A stretch of 64,000 bases of DNA from Thermoanaerobaculaceae bacterium (GCA_963712665.1 CAVQIV010000021.1:161922-225921), one strand, 5' to 3'; counted from the first letter of the stretch, positions 50,733-58,266 are shown. Numbers and translations are program-made. The notes: a model not told the origin generated them from the sequence alone.

Positions 50733-50765
50733 TAGGACGGTGCGGCTTGCGGTAGAGGTCTTTTA

Positions 50766-51929
50766 ATGGCCAAGCGAGTCGGCATCCTCACCGGCGGCGG
50801 CGACGTGCCGGGCCTGAACGCGGCCATCCAGCAATTCGTCTGGAGGATGGAAGACGAGGGTTATGAAGTGCTGGGGCTGCGCCGAGGCTGGGCTGCCCTC
50901 TTGAACGTCAAGCCCTACCACGCCGAAGACAACTCGAGCTGGCTCGTCCCCCTGACCAAGGCGAACACCCGCACCATCGACCGGAGCGGCGGCACCATCC
51001 TCCACAGCTCCCGCATCAATCCCGCCCTCACCAAACCGGATATCATCCCCGAGCACCTCCGGGACCGCGAGAACAAACGCCTACCCGACGGCCGCTTCGA
51101 TTTGACCGACGCCGCCCTGGAAGTGCTCCGCTACCTCCACCTAGACACCCTGGTGGCCATCGGCGGCGACGGCACCCTCTCCTTCGCCCGCCGCCTCCAC
51201 TTGGAAGGCGTGAAGATGATCGGCCTGCCGAAGACCATGGACAACGACGTCTTCGGCACCGACTACTGCATCGGCTTCTCAACCGCCATCACGAGATCGG
51301 TCACCTTCATCAACGATCTGCGGACCGTGGCAGGCTCCCACGAAAGGTATCTCGTGGTGGAGCTCTTCGGCCGCAACTCCGGGGAGACCTGCCTCCTCTC
51401 CTCCTACCTCGCAGGGACCGACCGGGCCTTGATCGCCGAAGTGCCCTTCGACGCCGAAAAAGTGGTGGCGATGCTGGCCGAGGACAAGCGCACCAATCCC
51501 AGCAACTACGCCGTAGCCACCATCTCCGAAGGAGCTTTCCCGATCGGAGGCAAGCCCTTCGAGACCGGAGAAGCCGACGCCGTGGGCAACCGTGAGCTGG
51601 GAGGAGTGGGGAGATTCCTCCGCGAAGAGCTCCAGAGGAATACCAGCGACCGCGTCATCTACCAGCGCTTGGGCTACCTCATGCGCTCCGGAGCCCCTGA
51701 CTCCTTGGACCGCCTCGTCGCCAAAAACTTCGCCGCCTTGGCCGCCGACCTCATCCTCGCCGGCAAAACCGGCCGCCTCATCTCCATCCAAGGAGGCCGC
51801 TACACCACCGAGCCTCTGGACATCGTGGGAGAAGGCAAGAAGCAAGTGGACGTCGAAAGGTTCTACGATCGCGAGAGATACCGGCCGAACATCGTGGGAG
51901 TGATGGGGTTGCCGATGTTTTTGTGCTGA
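50766..51929 (+). CDS. pfk: 6-phosphofructokinase (ATP- or PPi-dependent; not distinguishable by eye)
   Basis: MAKRVGILTGGGDVPGLNAAI, 'LVAIGGDGTLS', 'IGLPKTMDNDV' and 'VELFGRNSG'. Confidence 0.9.
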   Translation: MAKRVGILTGGGDVPGLNAAIQQFVWRMEDEGYEVLGLRRGWAALLNVKPYHAEDNSSWLVPLTKANTRTIDRSGGTILHSSRINPALTKPDIIPEHLRDRENKRLPDGRFDLTDAALEVLRYLHLDTLVAIGGDGTLSFARRLHLEGVKMIGLPKTMDNDVFGTDYCIGFSTAITRSVTFINDLRTVAGSHERYLVVELFGRNSGETCLLSSYLAGTDRALIAEVPFDAEKVVAMLAEDKRTNPSNYAVATISEGAFPIGGKPFETGEADAVGNRELGGVGRFLREELQRNTSDRVIYQRLGYLMRSGAPDSLDRLVAKNFAALAADLILAGKTGRLISIQGGRYTTEPLDIVGEGKKQVDVERFYDRERYRPNIVGVMGLPMFLC

Positions 51930-51935
51930 GGAGAC

Positions 51936-51970
51936 CTTCCGGGACCGCCGGCGTCCCGCCGGCCAACTAA
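51936..51970. repeat. REP-like hairpin element, copy 2
   Basis: gccggcg (51947-51953) - tcc - cgccggc (51957-51963), followed by caactaa. It lies between the convergent pfk and ParE-like genes. Confidence 0.7.
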
Positions 51971-51989
51971 CTCCTCTTCTTTTCAAGCC

Positions 51990-52286
51990 TCAGGTTCGCC
52001 CGAGCCAGTATCGTGGATGGCGCTTCTGATGCCCGACAGCCAGGATCCGAAGTTTCCCGGAGCTCAACGGCCGATACAGGAGATAATAGGGAAAGGTCGG
52101 TAGAACGAGCCGGCGGATCATTTCCAAGACTCGCGGCGCCGCCTCGGGATAGCGCCGGATGAAGGTTACAGAGTGCTCGACCTCGTCAAGAAATCTCTCG
52201 CCGAGCCCTGCGGCTTGCTGTTCATAGTACTGGAAGGCTTCGGCAAGCTCCCGCTCCGCCAGCCGATTGAAGCGGACACCCTTCAT
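51990..52286 (-). CDS. Type II toxin, RelE/ParE family
   Basis: True start MKGVRFNRLAERELAEAFQYYEQQAAGLGERFLDEVEHSVTFIRRYPEAAPRV...LLYRPLSSGKLRILAVGHQKRHPRYW. It overlaps the antitoxin stop by 4 nt. Confidence 0.8.
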   Translation of the reverse strand: MKGVRFNRLAERELAEAFQYYEQQAAGLGERFLDEVEHSVTFIRRYPEAAPRVLEMIRRLVLPTFPYYLLYRPLSSGKLRILAVGHQKRHPRYWLGRT

Positions 52287-52513
52287 TGAAGGGACAAACG
52301 CAGCCTTTTGAAGACTTCTTCCGCGGGGACTCCCGGCTCTTCGCCGATCTCCATGGCGTGGTCGCGTCTCGCCGCTTCCTCCGTCCAAGCGCGGGCGACC
52401 TCCGTATCCTCAGGATCTTTGAAGCTGAGGAGCAGGCGCTCAAAGAGGCGCGCCCGGTCCCCTTCGGGCAGGTTCAAGGCCTCGGCTTCGATTTCTTCTA
52501 CGGTACGTGCCAT
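52283..52513 (-). CDS. Type II antitoxin ('putative addiction module component' family)
   Basis: True start MARTVEEIEAEALNLPEGDRARLFERLLLSFKDPEDTEVARAWTEEAARRDHAMEIGEEPGVPAEEVFKRL. Confidence 0.75.
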   Translation of the reverse strand: MARTVEEIEAEALNLPEGDRARLFERLLLSFKDPEDTEVARAWTEEAARRDHAMEIGEEPGVPAEEVFKRLRLSLQ

Positions 52514-52526
52514 AGGGATCTCCTCG

Positions 52527-53450
52527 TCACCTCCTAGCGTAACATCGCCCTGAGATCTCGGCAAGTGATGGCCTTTCGACGAGAGCATAGACCGTCGAAG
52601 CCAGGGTGCTCGCCTGGGGAGACCGGTTGAGCCAGCGGTCCAGGGGGCGCAGAGGCCTGGTCAGCAGCAGGGCCGCCGCGGAAACCGCGCGCGCCAGGGG
52701 CTTCGAGGGGATGCCGTTGCGGAGGTAGAGCGAGACGAGGTCCAGGATCATGAACGTCGGACCCACGCAGGTCCCGGCGTCAAGTACGCGGAAGCCGCTT
52801 CTCCGGAGCAGGTGGTTGTGTCCTTCCAGTGTGTAGTTCTGGTAGTGATTGGGATAGGCGTGGTAGGCCTGAAGGAACGGAGTCGCGAAGTACCCGAGGC
52901 CACCGGGACGGAGGACCCGCCACATCTCCCGAAGCGCCCCGTCCGGCTCGGCCAGGTGCTCGAGCACGGCCTCGCAGTGCACGGCATCGACCGCCCCGTC
53001 CGCATAGGGAAGGGCATAGGCGTCCCCTACGACGTCGACATTCGGGAAGAGGTCGATATTGAGGTTGGTGAGGCTCTCGTGCGGCCTGCCGGGCCCGCCT
53101 CCGACCGACAAACAGAGGCTGCCCGGAGGCTGTGCCGCCGTGACAGCCTGAAAGGCCCTGCCGGACGCTTCGGAGCGATAGTCGTTGCCCGGCTGCACCA
53201 GAGAAGCCAGGAATCGCCTGGGCCAGGCTGGCCGCCGGGACAAGTACTCCTCATACATCTGCCCTCCCGCCTCCTGGCAGTAGCTGGCCTGCCGCTCGGG
53301 ATCGGCAATGAGAATCGGTACATCACCCTTGAAGGGGTACGTCCGCCCGCTGTCCAGAGTGACGAGATCCTCATCCACCACGAGCAGCCTCTGATGAGAG
53401 ACGGGGCAGACGAGTCTTCCCTGCGCAACCTGCTCCTGGATGCCCAACAC
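52527..53450 (-). CDS. Class I SAM-dependent methyltransferase with an N-terminal Trm112-like segment
   Basis: 'LVCPVSHQRLLVVDEDLVTLDSGRTYPFKGDVPILI', then 'CLSVGGGPG' (motif I) and 'DAVHCEAVLEHLAEPDGALREMWRVLRPGG'. Confidence 0.85.
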   Translation of the reverse strand: MLGIQEQVAQGRLVCPVSHQRLLVVDEDLVTLDSGRTYPFKGDVPILIADPERQASYCQEAGGQMYEEYLSRRPAWPRRFLASLVQPGNDYRSEASGRAFQAVTAAQPPGSLCLSVGGGPGRPHESLTNLNIDLFPNVDVVGDAYALPYADGAVDAVHCEAVLEHLAEPDGALREMWRVLRPGGLGYFATPFLQAYHAYPNHYQNYTLEGHNHLLRRSGFRVLDAGTCVGPTFMILDLVSLYLRNGIPSKPLARAVSAAALLLTRPLRPLDRWLNRSPQASTLASTVYALVERPSLAEISGRCYARR

Positions 53451-53540
53451 ATGCCTAATTGTATGGGAGAATCTCGTGGGAGCCGGTCACCCGAGGAGGG
53501 AGAGGGCGCCTTCAGCGAGGTCGAATGGGACCGGCACCTC

Positions 53541-53573
53541 CCCTGGGTCCGCCGGCGTCCCGCCGGCAACTAA
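53541..53573. repeat. REP-like hairpin element, copy 3
   Basis: ccctgggtcc-gccggcg (53551-53557) - tcc - cgccggc (53561-53567) - aactaa. It lies at the left flank of the low-GC islet. Confidence 0.7.
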
Positions 53574-53750
53574 GGCGTCCACCGTCGGTTGGCCGACGCC
53601 GGCCAATGGCCGACGTGCAGTCCTCTGCCGGGGGCGGAGACGTGGAAGCCATTAACACCCGAACGACTCCGACTCAGAGACTGCGTGCAAGATGTACGAC
53701 TTGGCCCTAAGGGATCGATTCTCGGCTCGAACCTGCTATGCTACTCATTA

Positions 53751-54596
53751 ATGACTGACTCATCCCGTCCCGGAGTTCGCCCTCAAGAGGGCTTCAGGCC
53801 TGATACGATTCATGCACCGCTTCTCAAGTGGCCAGGCGGAAAGCGCAGGCTGTTGTCAGCAATAATACCCTTAATACCAATGGACTATCGGCGCTATTAT
53901 GAGCCGTTTGTAGGCGGCGGTGCAGTCTTCTTCGCCCTTAGGCCGCGCCGAGCATGGCTTTCGGATACCGATGCTGATCTCATCAATTGCTACCAGCAGG
54001 TTCGCGACAACCCTGAGGCGGTCATCCGACGGCTCCGCACTCTAAGAAATTCCGAAGGTGACTATTACTGCATACGAGCTAGCCGGCCTCGCGTCCTCGA
54101 CATCCGAGCCGCTCGGCTTATCTACCTGGCAACACTTTCATTCAATGGGATCTTCCGCCGCAATCGCAACGGAGACTTCAATGTCCCCTATGGATACAAA
54201 ACTCATCTAAAACCATGTGATAGAGAACGCATTTTGTCCGCCAGCACTGCACTCCGAACCGCTCGTCTCGAGTGTTCTGATTTTGAGGATGCTGTGAAAT
54301 CGGCGGGTCCTGGCGACGTAGTCTACTGCGATCCGCCATACACAGTGGCTCACGGGACCAATGGCTTCTTGAAATACAACGCTCGCATTTTTTCTTGGAA
54401 TGACCAAGAGCGCCTTGCGGCTCTTGCGCGTAATCTTGCCAATAGAGGGTGTCGCGTATTAATCAGCAACGCTAACCATCCCTCCCTTGTCGATCTATAC
54501 AAGGACTTTGATCGATTGGTCGTGTGTCGCCCATCCACCATTGCAGCTAATATTGCGCATCGCCAAGAAACAACAGAGTGCCTGTTCTTTGCATAA
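53751..54596 (+). CDS. Dam-family (D12 class) site-specific DNA N6-adenine methyltransferase
   Basis: Start at MTDSSRPG (ATG 53751). Contains 'LLKWPGGKRRLL', 'YYEPFVGGGAVFF' (SAM motif I) and 'VVYCDPPY' (DPPY at 54330-54341). Confidence 0.9.
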   Translation: MTDSSRPGVRPQEGFRPDTIHAPLLKWPGGKRRLLSAIIPLIPMDYRRYYEPFVGGGAVFFALRPRRAWLSDTDADLINCYQQVRDNPEAVIRRLRTLRNSEGDYYCIRASRPRVLDIRAARLIYLATLSFNGIFRRNRNGDFNVPYGYKTHLKPCDRERILSASTALRTARLECSDFEDAVKSAGPGDVVYCDPPYTVAHGTNGFLKYNARIFSWNDQERLAALARNLANRGCRVLISNANHPSLVDLYKDFDRLVVCRPSTIAANIAHRQETTECLFFA

Positions 54597-54611
54597 GGAA
54601 GGACGCTTAAC

Positions 54612-56915
54612 GTGCCAGAGAACATTGCTTCACGAGATGCCCTTCGTGGCCTAGCTCGCTCCCGTTCGCGCAGTTATGAAACGCAGACCGTACATACTTC
54701 TCACATAGAAGAAGCAATATCAGACGGCTGGACAATAGACAAAAAGAATCGAAAATCTGTCAGACTGCGCCGTCCTAAGTCTCTGGCGACGCTTCTCGAA
54801 GATCGTGTCTGGACGCTGCTATATAGAACAGGATTTTCTTTTTTGTCTGGTTCTGGCGGGGAAAGTTTCCTGCTCGACCCAAAGAATCAATCAGGTCCGT
54901 GCCGTAATTTGGACATTATTGGAATAGACGACGAACTGGTACTCGCAATTGACTGCGAGGCAAACGACAATTACGGCAGAGTCTCTCATCTAGCGAAAAA
55001 ACTAGCTAGCTATACTTTGATACGGGAACGCTTCGCAAACCTCGTTAACAAGGAATATCCAATTGCAACTAAAAGACAGGTTGTATTTGCAATGTTCCTT
55101 GCAAATGTAGCGCTGTCGGAGAATGACCGCGCCTGCGCAAGAGAAAATCAGGTGCTTCTCTTCGATGAACACGACTTGGATTACTACGAAACACTTGTAG
55201 GCCATCTAGGCCCAGCTGCCAAGTATCAGCTTTTCGCTGACATGCTTCCGGGTAAGACCGTAGCAGGCCTAGCGATCAGGATTCCAGCTGTTAGAACGAA
55301 AATGGGGAGCACTAACTGCTATACCTTTTGTATCACGCCAAGCTACCTCCTCAAAATATCCTATGTGTCGCATCGAGCGAAAGGAAGAGCGTCTGACGTT
55401 CATACATACCAGCGGATGCTCAATAAGGGGCGCCTTCGCAGGATTCGAGAATACATAAGCCAGGATGGAATTTTCCCCACGAACATAGTAGTAAACTTTG
55501 AGGCAAAGCGGCTGCGCTTTGAGAGAATTCAGCAGGAGGACCAGGAGAACGGTGTTCTAGGCTGGCTAGATATTCGACCAACGTACCGATCAGCTTGGAT
55601 AATAGACGGACAGCACCGTCTATTTGCTTACTCAGGGCACGAAAGAGCAAATACCAGTCGCTTGTCGGTGTTGGCTTTCGAAGGTCTTCCTCCAAGTAAG
55701 CAGGCTGGACTGTTTATCGATATTAACGCGAAGCAGAAAAGCGTCAAGCAGTCCCTTCTTCAGGAGCTTTACGCCGAACTGCATTGGGATGCAGAGGAGC
55801 CTGAGGTACGAGTAAGGGCAATTGTTTCTAAGGCAATTCAGATGTTAGATGCAGACCCTGAGTGTGCGCTGTATCATAGAATTCAGACCGCGGATGCCGC
55901 GAAGAGCGAGACCCGATGTATTTCGTTGACGAGTCTCTATGGCGCTGTCGAAAAGAGAGAATTCCACATAGCCAAAGAGCGAAAGGGGCAAGTCCTGGAG
56001 TATGGCCCCTTGTGGGGGGGCGATAACGACGAAACACTTCGCCGGACCTTCTTCGTACTAAAGAATTGGTTCGATGTTATACGGAGTGGTGCTCCAGAGT
56101 GGTGGGACAGGGGGGCCGGCGATGGCGGTGGCCTTGCTATGAATGATGGTGTGACAGCCTGCGTGAACGTCTTGAGGTCGGTTTTTGTCCATCTTGCGGA
56201 GCAAGGCCACAAGCTAGTGCATTTAGACTCTGAGGACTTGTTCGCTGTGATCCGGAAGTATGGAGAAGAATTGGGAGCCTACTTCGGCTCATTCACAGAG
56301 CAAGATAGGAGAGCCTTTCGTGACCTTAGAGGCGTCCAAGGCCAGACACGACGTACAAGGATGTGCCAGCAGGGATTGCACGCCAGATGGCCGGAGTTTA
56401 GTCCTCCAGGATTAGAAGAGTTTCTGCGCGAGCAGAAGGCTCAGACTAATACAATGGCAAAAGAAATAGTAGATCGAATCGAAACTTCTCTACAGAGGGT
56501 GGTTTTTGAGGAACTAAAGAGAGAATATGGGCCCGACGACTCGCAGTGGTGGATTCTTGGTGTTCCCAAGCCTGTTCGGCTTAAGGTTACCCAGCGTCGC
56601 GAGGATGACGATGGAGCACGTGGTGGAAAAGAATACTATTTTGATTTGATCGATTACAGAACGATTGCAACACAACCTCAGAATTGGCCTATATTCGAAT
56701 CTCTTTTTGGTTTTGAGAAGGGGAGCAAGGAGAAGCGAACCGCCTGGATGGTATTTGTCAACGAGAAGCGAAGGATTGTTTCTCATGCTTCGTCGGCTGT
56801 TACCATCTCAATCGAGGACCTCGGGAGATTACAAGAATATGACCGGTGGCTAGCTTCTCGCTTGGCGGGAGAGGAGATCGTCGGCAGTGAAGAAGCGAAT
56901 GAAGGAGATGACTAG
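54612..56915 (+). CDS. DGQHR-domain (DndB/ParB-Srx-like) protein with a C-terminal HEPN-like (Rx4H) domain and an unassigned N-terminal domain
   Basis: GTG start 8 nt after AAGGAAGGA. Contains 'YQRMLNKGRLRRIREYISQDGIFPTNIVVNF', 'AWIIDGQHRLFAY' (55605-55619), 'GLFIDINAKQKSV' and the C-terminal '...NWPIFESLF...WMVFVNEKRRIVSH' (R720..H725, 56769-56786). Confidence 0.85.
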   Translation: MPENIASRDALRGLARSRSRSYETQTVHTSHIEEAISDGWTIDKKNRKSVRLRRPKSLATLLEDRVWTLLYRTGFSFLSGSGGESFLLDPKNQSGPCRNLDIIGIDDELVLAIDCEANDNYGRVSHLAKKLASYTLIRERFANLVNKEYPIATKRQVVFAMFLANVALSENDRACARENQVLLFDEHDLDYYETLVGHLGPAAKYQLFADMLPGKTVAGLAIRIPAVRTKMGSTNCYTFCITPSYLLKISYVSHRAKGRASDVHTYQRMLNKGRLRRIREYISQDGIFPTNIVVNFEAKRLRFERIQQEDQENGVLGWLDIRPTYRSAWIIDGQHRLFAYSGHERANTSRLSVLAFEGLPPSKQAGLFIDINAKQKSVKQSLLQELYAELHWDAEEPEVRVRAIVSKAIQMLDADPECALYHRIQTADAAKSETRCISLTSLYGAVEKREFHIAKERKGQVLEYGPLWGGDNDETLRRTFFVLKNWFDVIRSGAPEWWDRGAGDGGGLAMNDGVTACVNVLRSVFVHLAEQGHKLVHLDSEDLFAVIRKYGEELGAYFGSFTEQDRRAFRDLRGVQGQTRRTRMCQQGLHARWPEFSPPGLEEFLREQKAQTNTMAKEIVDRIETSLQRVVFEELKREYGPDDSQWWILGVPKPVRLKVTQRREDDDGARGGKEYYFDLIDYRTIATQPQNWPIFESLFGFEKGSKEKRTAWMVFVNEKRRIVSHASSAVTISIEDLGRLQEYDRWLASRLAGEEIVGSEEANEGDD

Positions 56916-57033
56916 TCGCGAGCTTTTCGCTTGCGGAAGAAATGACGACCTGACCGTAAAAACGCGACAGAAGATCCGTCTGCTCCAGGAGGATGAGGTA
57001 ATGAAGTGGCCCGCTGTCTGCAACAACGATCAT
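56916..57033 (-). pseudogene. DUF3368 (PIN-like) toxin gene remnant, cut after ~39 codons at the islet boundary
   Basis: MIVVADSGPLHYLILLEQTDLLSRFYGQVVISSASEKLA... is a typical DUF3368 N-terminus. Its ATG overlaps the antitoxin stop (ATGA). The reading then runs into antisense of the DGQHR gene. Confidence 0.55.
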
Positions 57034-57313
57034 CGGCCCGAGAGGATTCCGAGGCTCCGGTGGGAGGCGAGGTCCTCTTCCAGATCGGCTTGCGTGCAGT
57101 GAAGGGTGAAGGGGCACCTTGTGCTCCTTCAACAGCGCGTGGACCTCGAACCGTGTCTCCAACCCGAGGAGACGCCGAACCTGCGTCTCGGTCAAGGCTC
57201 CCGTCCTGTAGCCCTCCACGGCGAGGGCCTCCAAGGCGTGGCGCGACAGGTTTCCCCCAGCGGCCCCCAAGGGATTCGGAGAGGTCTTCTGGCAGGCTGA
57301 TGGTGACTTCCAT
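57030..57313 (-). pseudogene. UPF0175-family antitoxin with two frame changes
   Basis: Three pieces in three frames: MEVTISLPEDLSESLG | AAGGNLSRHALEALAVEGYRTGALTETQVRRLLGLETRFEVHALLKEHKVPLH | ..ADLEEDLASHRSLGILSGR*. The shifts fall near the C5 runs at 57254-57268 and near 57103-57116. Confidence 0.55.
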
Positions 57314-57421
57314 GGCATGAGCCTCCCCGATCTGCCCGATGCCAACTCAGAAGGACGGAGGTGCCATCTTTCTCCACTGAAATCCCCCTGAGACGGGCTG
57401 AGAAGCTGCAAAAAGCCGTGA

Positions 57422-57600
57422 AACGCCGTCTTTTGGCTTTAGACGCCGTCTTTTCCCAAAAGACCCCGTCTCAATCCAAAAAGACCCCGTCTTTTCCCAA
57501 AAGACGCCTTCTTTTTCAAAAAGACTTCGTCTTTTTGGATTGAGACGACGTTTAAATCCAAAAGACGGGGTCTCATCGGATTTATTCAGGGTCTTTTGGC
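57422..57600. repeat. Array 3: about nine tandem 20-21-nt units, each an AAAAGAC-N3-GTCTTTT-type palindrome
   Basis: Units start at 57441, 57461, 57482, 57502, 57522, 57542 and 57563. Perfect examples: AAAAGAC-CCC-GTCTTTT (57479-57495) and AAAAAGAC-TTC-GTCTTTTT (57518-57536). Confidence 0.8.
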
Positions 57601-57961
57601 ATTCAGCCCGGCTTCGTGGACCCGTTCCACGATCTTCTGGCCCAGGCGGGCCCAGGCCGCCGCCCCTGATCCGGAATCTCCTCTCGGCCGCCGTGGATCT
57701 TGCTTCTGGGTTCTGCGCGCAGGTTCCCAGGATTGACGTTGCCACCCGCCAGGCCGTCTGCCCTGGCTGGGCACGGCTTCTAGCTCACGGCGCATTCACC
57801 AGCGAGAGCTCGATGCCAGGAGATGGCGAGCATGCCGCCCGTCATTCCCGGTGCAGCGTGCCCAACGGCCGCCAGGGTGAGGGCTTCGGGCCATTCGCTG
57901 CGTTGTTTCTAAGGTAGTGAGGACGAATCCGAGAAACCCGATCCCGAAAGGAGAACTGTCG

Positions 57962-58138
57962 ATGTCGAAGCTCAATCCCCGTCGGAAGCTGTTCATTGCG
58001 CTGGCCCTCTTGACCGCGGCCCTGGGCTCTCTGAGCTCTTACACCGTCAAGAAGGCGGATGCGCTCATCTGCTGCTCGGCCTGTGATGTCAATCCAAACT
58101 CGGCTCCCTGCCGGCATGGCTGCTCGCCGAGCTGCTAG
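57962..58138 (+). CDS. Small secreted Cys-rich peptide (58 aa)
   Basis: ATG at 57962, 6 nt after AAAGGAGAA. The sequence is MSKLNPRRKLFIALALLTAALGSLSSYTVKKADALICCSACDVNPNSAPCRHGCSPSC*, with 7 Cys in the last 22 residues. Confidence 0.55.
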   Translation: MSKLNPRRKLFIALALLTAALGSLSSYTVKKADALICCSACDVNPNSAPCRHGCSPSC

Positions 58139-58266
58139 ACGTTGAGCAGGCGATACGGCCGGCGGCGTCTCGAGAGGGCACCGCCGGCCGTCCTCGAGTC
58201 CGCTCGCCTCGGGTGTCGATCGAGGGACGCAGGGTTTCCACGAAACCCGCGATCTGCGTTGACTCA

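Larger units (their letters stand above)
53650..56915 (+). other. Low-GC two-gene islet (methyltransferase + DGQHR/HEPN protein); probable horizontally acquired defence module
   Basis: Hand-counted 60-nt lines inside give ~47-57% G+C, against ~70-77% outside. The right edge coincides with truncation of a DUF3368 toxin gene. I see no integrase or tRNA. Confidence 0.6.

Noticed and set aside
53560-53660. Minus-strand 'NGFHVS(A/P)P...AIG' reading, as the missing C-terminus of the truncated DUF3368 toxin
   Set aside because: It gives a DUF3368-like 'GF..SP.L....L..AG' pattern only with an assumed extra frameshift. It is too short and too speculative. It needs alignment to an intact orthologue.
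53700-53760. GGTTCGAGCC (T-loop-like) on the minus strand at the islet's left edge, as a possible tRNA or tRNA fragment serving as an integration site
   Set aside because: The flanking bases do not form a T-stem, and I could not fold any acceptor or anticodon arms. It is probably coincidental.
57600-57900. Short minus-strand ORF fragments (...EWPEALTLAAVGHAAPGMTGGMLAISWHRALAGECAVS* and ...AAWARLGQKIVERVHEAGLNAKRP*), as remnants of deleted genes
   Set aside because: They have no start codons, are under 40 codons long and contain no recognisable motif. I cannot tell them apart from chance open frames in GC-rich DNA.
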